Positions 9,376-18,467 of a stretch of DNA of 64,000 nucleotides are shown piece after piece. The stretch comes from an uncultured Phycisphaerales bacterium (lineage in GTDB: Bacteria > Planctomycetota > Phycisphaerae > Phycisphaerales > SM1A02), in the NCBI GenBank assembly GCA_938084645.1, contig CALKEP010000002.1:32001-96000 (forward strand), written 5' to 3'. Within the stretch, counting starts at the first letter, position 1. Every line of letters starts with the position of its first letter. The translations under genes and the position numbers were made by a program. The notes under the pieces were generated by a model. It made no database searches. It was given only the letters and a program-made list of their open reading frames with translations, and was not told the origin of the DNA.

Positions 9376-10854
9376 ATGCGATCGCCGATGTCCAGAATCC
9401 GAACCGTCGACCGACCCCTGCCCTCGGTCGCGATTCTCGTGGCGCTGCTCGCCGCGTTCCTGGTCGGGAACACCGTGCACGGTGACGATGCGGAGGAGGC
9501 CGCGGCCCTCGAACGCCGGATCGTCCGCACCTTCGCGAGCGGGGACCACGATGCCGCGCTGGTCCTCGTCGATCGCTACATCGCCGCGTGGCCGGACGCT
9601 CCGCACATGCGTTACAACCGGGCCTGCGGGCTCGCGCTGCTCGGTCGCCCGGACGAAGCCGCCGCCGCCCTGCTGGTCGCGGTCGAACACGGCTTCCGCG
9701 ACTTCGAGGTGATGCGACGTGATCCGGATCTCGCCTCGATCCGCGGTCATCCGACCTTCACCGCGATCCTCGAGGCCCGACGTCGGCTCGATCGCGGGAC
9801 CGCGGACAAGCAGTTCGAGGCCTGGAAGCGCCGATACGGCGACGACTACCACTACGAGACCGACGAGGAGCATCGCCTGCACTTCGCGACCGGGCTCGAC
9901 GCCAGAGCCCACGCGGACATGAAGCGGATCATCGAGCGACAGGCGACGCACCTGTCGAGTCGGATCTTCAAGTCACCGCCCCTCGACTGGTGCCTCGTCG
10001 TGGTTCCATCCGCGAACCACGTCCGCGAGGTCTTCCAGCGGATGCTCGACGTCTCGGACCCCGCCCGGACGCCCGGGGTCTACCTCCATGGAAAACGCCT
10101 GCTGGTCACCCGCGACATCGGGGAGAGCCTTCGACACGAGTTCACGCATCGCATGCACTGGGCCGACATGGATCGACTCGGACAACGGCATGCGATGTGG
10201 GTGCAGGAGGGGCTCGCGAGCCTGTACGAGGAATACGTCTGGACGGAGGATGGACGCATCCGATTCGTCCCCAACATGCGGCACAACATCGCCCGTCGGC
10301 AGGTGCAGGCCGGAATCTCCCTGGCCTGGCCCAAACTGTTCCAGCTCGACACCGATGCCTTCTTCGCCGGCAACGCCCGCTTCTATCCCCAGGTCCGCTC
10401 GATCTTCGAGTTCCTCGCGTCCGTCGACCTCCTCGAAGCGTGGTATCGCGCCTACGTGGAGACCTTCGATCGCGATCCCGGCGGCGGCCGAGCATTCGAA
10501 ATGGTGTTCGGACTGCCGGTCGACCAGGTCGAGCAGCGATGGAAATCCTGGGTCCTCGACCGGGGAGCCATCGACGACCGGGTCGAACGGGGCGATGCCT
10601 CGATCGGGGTCTCGGGCACCGACGCGGGGGATGGCGTCCGGGTCGAACGGGTCATCGGCCGCAACGCCCGGCGGGCCGGACTTCGCCGCGGGGACGTGAT
10701 CGTCCGCATCGACGACCGGCCGGTCCGGGCCCGAGGCGAGCTGATGCTCGCGATCGCCGCCCGGGACATCGGCGAAACGATCCAGGTGGAGATCCGAAGA
10801 AGGAACCAGCGGCTGGTCATCCCGGTGCGGCTCGAAGCCCTGCAGGGGTCATGA
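9376..10854 (+). CDS. Exported TPR + HExxH metallopeptidase-like + PDZ domain protein
   Basis: Signal-like N-terminus; YNRAC...DPDLASIR TPR end; HEFTH...WVQEGLA; C-terminal AGLRRGDVIVRID PDZ. Confidence 0.8.
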   Translation: MRSPMSRIRTVDRPLPSVAILVALLAAFLVGNTVHGDDAEEAAALERRIVRTFASGDHDAALVLVDRYIAAWPDAPHMRYNRACGLALLGRPDEAAAALLVAVEHGFRDFEVMRRDPDLASIRGHPTFTAILEARRRLDRGTADKQFEAWKRRYGDDYHYETDEEHRLHFATGLDARAHADMKRIIERQATHLSSRIFKSPPLDWCLVVVPSANHVREVFQRMLDVSDPARTPGVYLHGKRLLVTRDIGESLRHEFTHRMHWADMDRLGQRHAMWVQEGLASLYEEYVWTEDGRIRFVPNMRHNIARRQVQAGISLAWPKLFQLDTDAFFAGNARFYPQVRSIFEFLASVDLLEAWYRAYVETFDRDPGGGRAFEMVFGLPVDQVEQRWKSWVLDRGAIDDRVERGDASIGVSGTDAGDGVRVERVIGRNARRAGLRRGDVIVRIDDRPVRARGELMLAIAARDIGETIQVEIRRRNQRLVIPVRLEALQGS

Positions 10855-10925
10855 CCGCGCTCGCCGCGATCGACGCCGGGCCACGGACCACGAAGATTCC
10901 GCCCGGTTAGAATGCCGGTCTCGAC

Positions 10926-11837
10926 ATGCCAGACGACCACCCGAAGACCTTCGCCGCCGACTTCAAACGCTTCTTCGGACGCGGGCTTGCGGTCCTGCTG
11001 CCATCGGTGCTGACGCTCTGGATCCTGGTCAAGGCCTATCAGTTCGTCGATTCGGCGATCGCCCAGCCGATCAACTCCGGAATCCGCGCCGGCATCGCGG
11101 AGACCGCGGATCGCTGGCCCTTGATCGGTGAGGAGTTCGTGCCCGACGAAGCCGAGATCGCCGCCGAGATCGACGCGAGATCGAACCAGAAGGGCGCAAA
11201 CACCGATCCCGCCACGGTCCGTCGCGAACTCACCCGCCGGGAAGTCCGTGCCTGGTGGAACGATCATGCCCTGACGCTCGACTGGATCGGCATCCTCGTC
11301 GCCGTGCTCAGCGTCTACATCGCGGGTCGCCTGCTGGGCGGGTTCCTCGGTCGTCGGGTGCAGCGGCGGCTGGAACGGGTCATCACGAGCGTTCCGATCT
11401 TCAAACAGGTCTATCCCTACGTGAAGCAGGTCGTCGACTTCCTCTTTTCCGACGACAAGCCGATCAAGTTCAACCGGGTCGTCGCCGTCGAGTATCCACG
11501 GCGTGGAATCTGGGCGGTCGGACTGGTGACCGGAAGCTCGATGCGCAGCATCGAGGAGGAGTCCGGGGAGTCGCTCACCATCTTCATTCCCAGTTCGCCC
11601 ACCCCGTTCACCGGATACACGATCACCGTGCCGCACGACGAGGTCCACGAACTTCCCATCAGCATCGACGAAGCCCTTCGGTTCACGATCTCGGGCGGCG
11701 TCCTGGTGCCTCCCCAGGAGTCGATTCCCGACCGGGACACCACGGCGAGCCGACCCAAGGACGCCGAGCCGCGTATTCTTCAACAACCAAGCACACCCTC
11801 CCGTGAGTCCACGCGGGATGATTCCAAGGAGTCCTGA
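10926..11837 (+). CDS. DUF502 family membrane protein
   Basis: FGRGLAVLLP, VEYPRRG, FIPSSPTPFTGY, ISGG motifs. Confidence 0.9.
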   Translation: MPDDHPKTFAADFKRFFGRGLAVLLPSVLTLWILVKAYQFVDSAIAQPINSGIRAGIAETADRWPLIGEEFVPDEAEIAAEIDARSNQKGANTDPATVRRELTRREVRAWWNDHALTLDWIGILVAVLSVYIAGRLLGGFLGRRVQRRLERVITSVPIFKQVYPYVKQVVDFLFSDDKPIKFNRVVAVEYPRRGIWAVGLVTGSSMRSIEEESGESLTIFIPSSPTPFTGYTITVPHDEVHELPISIDEALRFTISGGVLVPPQESIPDRDTTASRPKDAEPRILQQPSTPSRESTRDDSKES

Positions 11838-11839
11838 CC

Positions 11840-12133
11840 ATGCAGATCATCGTGACCGGGCGGCACGTCGAACTCACCGATGCGATCGAACAGTACGCCA
11901 TCAAGCGATGCGCCCATCTGGAGAAGTATCGGGACCATCTGCAAGCGATCGAGATCGTGCTCGACAAGGAGAAGATCGAGTTCGACGTCGAGATCAAGAT
12001 CGACGTCCCCCACCACTCGATCTTCGTGGGTCGGGCCGCTCACGAAGATCTGTACGCAGGCATCGATCAGGCCATCGACAAGGTCGAGCGTCAGTTGCAC
12101 GACTGGAAAGAAAAGCTCCAGAGCCACAAGTAG
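11840..12133 (+). CDS. raiA: Ribosome hibernation factor (short HPF/RaiA)
   Basis: MQIIVTGRHVELTDAI...DLYAGIDQAIDKVERQL. Confidence 0.93.
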   Translation: MQIIVTGRHVELTDAIEQYAIKRCAHLEKYRDHLQAIEIVLDKEKIEFDVEIKIDVPHHSIFVGRAAHEDLYAGIDQAIDKVERQLHDWKEKLQSHK

Positions 12134-12155
12134 TTCGTTTATCCCGGAACCAGAC

Positions 12156-12632
12156 ATGAAGCTTCGCGACATCGTGGTCGACCAGGCCATCTTCACATCG
12201 CTCGCCGCCACCAAGGCGAAGGACGTCCTCGAGGAGCTGCTCGACGGACTCGTCGCCTGCGAGGCAATCGCCGCGGACCAGCGTGACGTCTATCTGAAGG
12301 AGGCCCTCAAGCGGGAACGGAAGGGATCGACCGGCTTCGGACATGGCGTCGCGGTCCCCCACGTGAAGGCTCCCGGGCTCGAGAAACTGACCGTCGCCAT
12401 CGGCATCAGCGAGGAGGGCGTCGACTTCAACGCCCTCGACAAGCAGCCCGTGCACTCGATCTTCCTGCTGATCAGCCCGGAGGAGCGGCCCGAGGAGCAC
12501 ATCGACGCGATGGAGGCGATCTTCGGGAACCTCAGTCGTGACCAGTTCCGTCGCTTCCTGCGACAGGCCACCAGCGTGGAGGAGATCCTCACCCTCCTCG
12601 ACGAAGCCGACTCCGGCAACGCCGTCGGCTGA
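12156..12632 (+). CDS. PTS EIIA component (Ntr/Fru type)
   Basis: RERKGSTGFGHGVAVPH phospho-His motif; GVDFNALDKQPV. Confidence 0.92.
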   Translation: MKLRDIVVDQAIFTSLAATKAKDVLEELLDGLVACEAIAADQRDVYLKEALKRERKGSTGFGHGVAVPHVKAPGLEKLTVAIGISEEGVDFNALDKQPVHSIFLLISPEERPEEHIDAMEAIFGNLSRDQFRRFLRQATSVEEILTLLDEADSGNAVG

Positions 12633-12644
12633 GCATCTCACGTC

Positions 12645-12920
12645 ATGCCGAGCCGGAAGGTCACCATCTCGAATCGACTCGGGCTGCACGCCCGGCCCGC
12701 CATGCTCCTCGCAGAGCGGGCGTCGGCCTTCTCGTCGACCATCGGCATCGCCCGCGCGGATTCGAGCGACCCGGTCGACGGCAAGTCCATCATGCAACTC
12801 CTGATGCTGGCGGGAACCGCAGGCACGGTGTTGAACATCACCGCGGAAGGCGACGATGCGGCGGCCGCACTCGCCTCGATCGCGGAACTGATCGAAAACG
12901 GATTCGAAGACGACGAGTGA
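12645..12920 (+). CDS. ptsH: HPr family phosphocarrier
   Basis: GLHARPA (His15) and DGKSIM (Ser46) motifs. Confidence 0.92.
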   Translation: MPSRKVTISNRLGLHARPAMLLAERASAFSSTIGIARADSSDPVDGKSIMQLLMLAGTAGTVLNITAEGDDAAAALASIAELIENGFEDDE

Positions 12921-12960
12921 CGGGCCGCCGGTTCGGATGCCGCGGCCCGGGATCGCGCCG

Positions 12961-13968
12961 TCACAGCCCGCCGAGCCCCTCGGCGGCCGATGGTCGCGTC
13001 ATGAGCGTGTGAATGGCCTCATCGCACGCGAGCCCCTTGAAGAAGATGCCTTCGACCGCGGTGGTGATCGGCATCTCGAGTTCGAGTTCCCGGGCACGTT
13101 CCAACACGCTTTCGACCGTCGGCACCCCTTCGACCACGCACTGCTGCTCGTCAAGGTAGGCCTCGAGGGAGGCGCCGCGGGCGATCGCCTCGCCACAGGC
13201 TCGATTGCGGCCCTCCTTGCTGAAGCAGGTGGTCGCGAGGTCGCCGACACCCGCGATGCCGAAGAAGGTTCGTGGATCCGCACCAGCCGCGGTCCCGAAA
13301 CGGGCCATCTCCGCCAGACCTCGGGCCAGCAGGGCGCTCTTCGCGTTGATGCCCAGCTCGAGCCCGTCGCAGATCCCCGCGGCGAGGGCGATCACGTTCT
13401 TGAGGGCACCGGAGAGCTCGACCCCGACGAGATCCTCGCTCTCGTAGATTCGGAGCCAGGGAGTGCCGAAGACGCGATGCGTGGCCTCCGCCGCGGTCGA
13501 GGAGGGCGAAGCCGCCACCATGAGCGCCGGGAGCCGACGAGAAAGCTCGGTGGCGATCGTCGGCCCGCTCAACACGCAGACCCGCGCGTCGCCCAGCAGT
13601 TCGGTCAGGATCTGGCTCGGGCGAAGGCCGCTGCCGATCTCGAGCCCCTTCGCGGTCGAAACCACGAGTGATTCCGAAGCGACATGGGGTGCGATCCGAT
13701 CCCAGACCGGCCGGATGAACTGCGTGGGAATCGCGTTCACCAGCACCCGTCCTTCGACGAAGATGCCGGGATCGTGCTCGAACTCGACGGCATCCGGGAT
13801 GCGCCAGCCGGGAAGTCGCGGACTCTCCCGGGTCTTCCGAAGGGCCTCGATCGAGGCCTCGAACGGGCCCCAGACCCGGACCCGAGGGGCTCCAGCCTCG
13901 ATCGCGGCCGCCGCCATCACAAGACCCATCTGGCCGTCGCCGGCGACGATGACTTCGTCCGTGCTCAT
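12961..13968 (-). CDS. gpsA: NAD(P)H-dependent glycerol-3-phosphate dehydrogenase
   Basis: GDGQMG Rossmann motif, LSGPT, GALKNVIA, GDLATTCFS...RN. Confidence 0.95.
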   Translation of the reverse strand: MSTDEVIVAGDGQMGLVMAAAAIEAGAPRVRVWGPFEASIEALRKTRESPRLPGWRIPDAVEFEHDPGIFVEGRVLVNAIPTQFIRPVWDRIAPHVASESLVVSTAKGLEIGSGLRPSQILTELLGDARVCVLSGPTIATELSRRLPALMVAASPSSTAAEATHRVFGTPWLRIYESEDLVGVELSGALKNVIALAAGICDGLELGINAKSALLARGLAEMARFGTAAGADPRTFFGIAGVGDLATTCFSKEGRNRACGEAIARGASLEAYLDEQQCVVEGVPTVESVLERARELELEMPITTAVEGIFFKGLACDEAIHTLMTRPSAAEGLGGL

Positions 13969-14176
13969 GCCGCGGAGTCTACGGGAGGGGCGGCCCGGAA
14001 GCATCCAGAACGCGGGTGCGGATCCGGAACCACTCGAACCGGCCCGGGCGGACGAACGTAGGCGAGAAGCCGGATACAATGCGGAATCGTCCGGAGCGCG
14101 GATCGGCCACTCCACTGGCTCATCTCTCTTCCGCGGTTCCGGACGTCGCACGACCGATCCAGGTCTCGGAGTACCC

Positions 14177-16210
14177 ATGAGCCAGATGACCGCGCCGACG
14201 CCGGCCTTCTCCCCCGAACCGCAGAACGAAGCCTCCGATCAGGGAGGCCGCCGACTCGAACGCCAGCTGTTCATCGCGCTGCTCGGTGGCATGCTCCTGC
14301 TGGTGAGCGGCATCGCCCGTCTCTTCGGCGCCAGCGCCGCGGTCTCCGACATTCCGGCCGCGATCGGTGCGATCCTCCTGCTCATCCCGCTCCTGAAGGG
14401 CGCGATCCGCGAAATGAAGCGCGGCGAGCCGTCCAGCGACGCCCTCGCCACCCTCGCGGTCATCGCCGCGATCGCGGTGAACGACCTTCGCACCGCCGGC
14501 TTCCTCGCGCTCTTCCTCTGGCTCTCGAAGCTGGTCCTGAGCCGAACCGCCTGGGGCGCCCAGCGGGCGATCCGCGAACTCGTGGAACTCACGCCGGACG
14601 TGGCCCGACGCCTCGATGCGGAGGGCAACGAGTCCGAGGTCAAGCTCGCGAATCTCGCGATCGGCGACATCGTGCGGGTCCGCCCCGGCGAGAACCTCCC
14701 GGTCGACGGACGCATCTCGAGCGGCTCGAGTTCGATCAACCAGGCGTCGCTCACCGGTGAAGCGGTACCGATCGAAGCGGCCGCCGGCACCGACGTCTAC
14801 GCCGGTACCACCAACCTCACCGGACAGATCGACGTCGAGGTCACCGCGGTGGCGGACGAGACGACGATCGGCAAGGTCGAATCCCTGATCCGCGAGGCGG
14901 AAAGCGCCCGCAGCGACCGGCAGGAGATCATCGAGCGACTCGCGGGGTTCTACGTCCCCGTGGTGATCATGGTCTCCGCCCTCGTCTGGTTCTTCACCGT
15001 CCGAAGCCCCGACCGCGACGAGGCCGCCATCCGCGCCATCACGGTGCTGGTGGTGACCTGTCCAGGCGCGCTGCTCATCGCGTATCCCACGGCCATGGTC
15101 GCGGCGTTCGCGAGCGCGGCCCGACTTGGCATCATGATCAAGCAGACGCGGACGCTGGAGAGCGCCGCCAACGTCGACACCGTGGTCATGGACAAGACCG
15201 GCACCCTCACCACCGGCCGATTCGCGGTGAGTCGTCTCGCCCCCGCCGACGGCGTGGATGGCGCCACGCTCCTGCAGGCCGCGGCCGACGCGGAACAGAG
15301 TTCGAATCACCCGCTCGCGAGGTCGATCCTCGACACCGCGGAGAAGGCCCGGATCACCGCCGCGTCGATCACCGAGTACACCGAGGTTCCCGGCCGAGGC
15401 GTTCGCGCCACGCGGGAGGACGGCGTGATCAGCGCCGGACGCGGCGCCTGGCTCCGCGAACTCGCACCGGGCATCGATGCCGAGGTGTCCGAGGTCGAGG
15501 AGAAGATCGCGGGGATGTCGAGCGTGCACGTGATGCTCGGTGATCGATACCTCGGTGCCGTGGGCCTCGAAGACAAGCTTCGACGGAACGCCGGCGACGT
15601 GGTCGAGCACCTCCGAAAACTGGGCGTGCGTCGGATCTGCATCTTCACCGGCGACCGGCTGGACGTCGCGAAGCGAGTCGGCCAGTCCGTCGGCGTGGAC
15701 TCCGTGGAGGCCGAGTGCCTTCCCGAGGAGAAGCACGCGGAACTCAAGCACCTCATCGCCAACGGCCACCGGACCCTGGTGGTCGGCGACGGCATCAACG
15801 ACGGCCCGATTCTCGCCAGCGCCGACGTCGGCGTGGCGATGGGCCTCTCCGGCTCCGACATCGCGACCAACTCGGCCGGCGTGGCCCTGATGCACGACGA
15901 TCTTCGGCACGTGCCGTTCCTGCTGGAGATCGCCCGCCGCACCAAGGGCATCATCACCCAGAACATCGCGGTCAGCCTGCTCCTCGCGGTGGTCGGCCTC
16001 GCCCTCGCGGCGACCGGCAACATCAACATCTGGCTGACCCCCTTCTATCAGGCGGTCGCGTACCTCTTCGTCATCCTGAACAGCCTCCGGCTGGTCCGGT
16101 TCGGCGAGGACTTCGCCGAGGACGAGCAGGCCCGACGCCGGCTCGAGGCGGAACGGGAGCGTCGCAAGAGCCGCAGCCGGGAGGCCTCGGTCCGCCTCGC
16201 GAGAAACTGA
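14177..16210 (+). CDS. P1B-type (heavy-metal family) ATPase with atypical CPG motif
   Basis: SLTGE, TCPGAL, DKTGT, SNHPLA, GDGIND; no N-terminal metal-binding domain. Confidence 0.93.
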   Translation: MSQMTAPTPAFSPEPQNEASDQGGRRLERQLFIALLGGMLLLVSGIARLFGASAAVSDIPAAIGAILLLIPLLKGAIREMKRGEPSSDALATLAVIAAIAVNDLRTAGFLALFLWLSKLVLSRTAWGAQRAIRELVELTPDVARRLDAEGNESEVKLANLAIGDIVRVRPGENLPVDGRISSGSSSINQASLTGEAVPIEAAAGTDVYAGTTNLTGQIDVEVTAVADETTIGKVESLIREAESARSDRQEIIERLAGFYVPVVIMVSALVWFFTVRSPDRDEAAIRAITVLVVTCPGALLIAYPTAMVAAFASAARLGIMIKQTRTLESAANVDTVVMDKTGTLTTGRFAVSRLAPADGVDGATLLQAAADAEQSSNHPLARSILDTAEKARITAASITEYTEVPGRGVRATREDGVISAGRGAWLRELAPGIDAEVSEVEEKIAGMSSVHVMLGDRYLGAVGLEDKLRRNAGDVVEHLRKLGVRRICIFTGDRLDVAKRVGQSVGVDSVEAECLPEEKHAELKHLIANGHRTLVVGDGINDGPILASADVGVAMGLSGSDIATNSAGVALMHDDLRHVPFLLEIARRTKGIITQNIAVSLLLAVVGLALAATGNINIWLTPFYQAVAYLFVILNSLRLVRFGEDFAEDEQARRRLEAERERRKSRSREASVRLARN

Positions 16211-16306
16211 GTGGACGGGTGAAATCCGGGAGATCGATTTCCAAGAAAAGGTGTGACCCTTCGCCGCACCTCGCACGATTCCCTTCGATCCGGAAGACCG
16301 AACTCC

Positions 16307-16573
16307 ATGATCCAGCCCCTCCTCGCCCAGGCTGCCGCCGTCCATTCCCCCGGCATCCTCGAATCGATCTTCCGGGACTCGTCCAACGTGGCGCTGATCC
16401 TCATCTTCGGAGGGTCCTTCCTCACGGCCATCATCGCGATCGTCGGGGGCGTGAGCCAGAAGGTGCTCGTGGGTCGAAGTCAGGAACGAACCAGGCAGGA
16501 GGTCGCCGCCTACGTGGCGGAGGGGACCATGACCGCCGACGAAGGCGAACGCCTGCTTCGAGCGGGCAAGTGA
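16307..16573 (+). CDS. Small membrane protein
   Basis: One TM helix then ERTRQEVAAYVAEGTMTADEGERLL; typical codon usage. Confidence 0.75.
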   Translation: MIQPLLAQAAAVHSPGILESIFRDSSNVALILIFGGSFLTAIIAIVGGVSQKVLVGRSQERTRQEVAAYVAEGTMTADEGERLLRAGK

Positions 16574-16634
16574 GTCCCGCCCCGACCCCGTGTGATGGGA
16601 CCATGCCGGCGATGAATGGGGTACGCTCGGCCGC

Positions 16635-18365
16635 ATGAACGACGGGCACGAAACGCGACGCGGCGCGGTCCTTCCACCAGCGTTGTCGCGACATCGACCC
16701 GAACTCGCCGAACGACTTCAGGGCGTCGACGGGCTCGCCCCGGCCTCCCCCGTGCAATCCCCCGTTCCCGCCTCGATCACGCTGCCCCGCGAAGGAACGC
16801 GGCCGCTCGCGCTGTTCGTGCTCGGCGCCGGAGACGGCTCGGTGGTCGAGACCCTGCGCCAGGCGATGGATCGCGAACGGACCGACACCGTCGCGGTGGT
16901 CGTCGAACCCGATCGAAGACGCCTCGCCGGCTCGTTCTCGAGCCATGACTGGTCGGAGATCCTCGCGGATCCACGGATCCGATTCGCCGACGGCGACCCG
17001 ATCGACGAGGCCATACGCAACGCGCTCCCCGAAGTCGGGGATCCACTGCGTGCGATCGTCAACGGCGTCGGCCTGCTTCCCGGTGACGCCGCACGGTTCG
17101 AGTCGCTGCGGGAAGCGGTCCTCGAGGTCGGACGCGTCGCCAACACCCGGTTCCTCCTCGACGCCTCGCGACAGTCCGAACGTCGGGCGACGACGGCGGC
17201 TGCCCCCCGGTCGTCCGACGGTCCCCGGAGAATCGCGGCGATCGTCGACGCGGGCTCGACCGCGCTGCGACATCTCGCCACGTCGATCGGCGCGGCCGCC
17301 CGTCGCGCCGGGCATGACGTCCTGATTCGAAACAGCGACATCCGCCGCGACCCGTTCGCCGCGACCGAGGACGCTCGATTCGCCCTTGACGCCGATCCCG
17401 ACCTGCTGCTTTCCTTCCTGCGTCCCGGCCGGTCGACCATTCCCTGGCGACACGATCTCGCCACGCTGGTCGTCGCGAGTTCGAATCCCCGGCTTCTCCC
17501 CTTCGAGCGCTTCGACTGGAGCGATCGGGATCTCGTCGTCGCGGCCACCCCGGACTTCGCCGCCTGCTACGCGACGCTCCCCTGCCACACGTCGGTCCGC
17601 CCCCTCGCCGCGGACCTGCCCGACCTGCCTTCCGCCGCAGTTGACGCGGCCCGGGCGACCGGGGATTCGAACGATCGGACGGTTCTCCTGGTCGGGAACA
17701 TCCCCGGCATCGACGTCGTCGCATCGGATCTCCCCGACGATGCCAGACGCGTGCTCGCGGACGCCGCGGACGCCTGGCTCGAAACGCCCGAAAAGAGCAT
17801 CGAGGCGATGATCGCGACCACCGCGCTCGATGGAGACGACGCGTTCCGGTCCCGGATCCGAATTGCGCTCGGCTATGAAGCGACCCGAAGGCGACGGATC
17901 CGATGTGCGGTGATGCTCGCGGAGGCCGGCTTCGACGTCCGCATCCACGGGGAGACCGCCTGGGAGCAGGCGGTCGCGGGGACCGCGGCCGAAGGTCGCT
18001 GGAAGGGATGGCTGCCTGCGGGCGATGAACAGGTTGCCGCGTTCCACCGGGCCGGCGTGGTCGTCAACGTGAATTCCTTCGCCGCTCCCGGCGGGCTCAA
18101 CATGCGCACCTTCGAGGTCCCGGCCGCGGCCGGGGTGCTGGTGACGGACGATCGACCCGCGGTCCGTGATGCCTTCGAGGTGGGCGTCGAAGCCCTCGCC
18201 TTCGAGCGGATCGAGGAACTTCCGGAACTCGTCGGCGACGTGCTCGAGACCACCGACCGAAGAGCGGCGATCGCGAACGCCGGCCGCGAACGAGTCCGTC
18301 GCGATCACACCTGGGACGCGTGGTGGGCGTGGGCGGAGCGCGAACTTCGTCGACGTCGCGACTGA
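16635..18365 (+). CDS. Glycosyltransferase, CgeB-like GT-B C-terminus
   Basis: C-terminal LNMRTFEVPAAAGVLVTD...GRERVRRDHTW. Confidence 0.8.
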   Translation: MNDGHETRRGAVLPPALSRHRPELAERLQGVDGLAPASPVQSPVPASITLPREGTRPLALFVLGAGDGSVVETLRQAMDRERTDTVAVVVEPDRRRLAGSFSSHDWSEILADPRIRFADGDPIDEAIRNALPEVGDPLRAIVNGVGLLPGDAARFESLREAVLEVGRVANTRFLLDASRQSERRATTAAAPRSSDGPRRIAAIVDAGSTALRHLATSIGAAARRAGHDVLIRNSDIRRDPFAATEDARFALDADPDLLLSFLRPGRSTIPWRHDLATLVVASSNPRLLPFERFDWSDRDLVVAATPDFAACYATLPCHTSVRPLAADLPDLPSAAVDAARATGDSNDRTVLLVGNIPGIDVVASDLPDDARRVLADAADAWLETPEKSIEAMIATTALDGDDAFRSRIRIALGYEATRRRRIRCAVMLAEAGFDVRIHGETAWEQAVAGTAAEGRWKGWLPAGDEQVAAFHRAGVVVNVNSFAAPGGLNMRTFEVPAAAGVLVTDDRPAVRDAFEVGVEALAFERIEELPELVGDVLETTDRRAAIANAGRERVRRDHTWDAWWAWAERELRRRRD

Positions 18366-18467
18366 GCGGTGTTCGAACGAAATGAGAATCGCCGCGGAAC
18401 GACCCGAAGGGGCCGGTCCGCGGCGACGTGTGATCGGTGATGGTCCGGCCACCCGGCCAGACGACGA

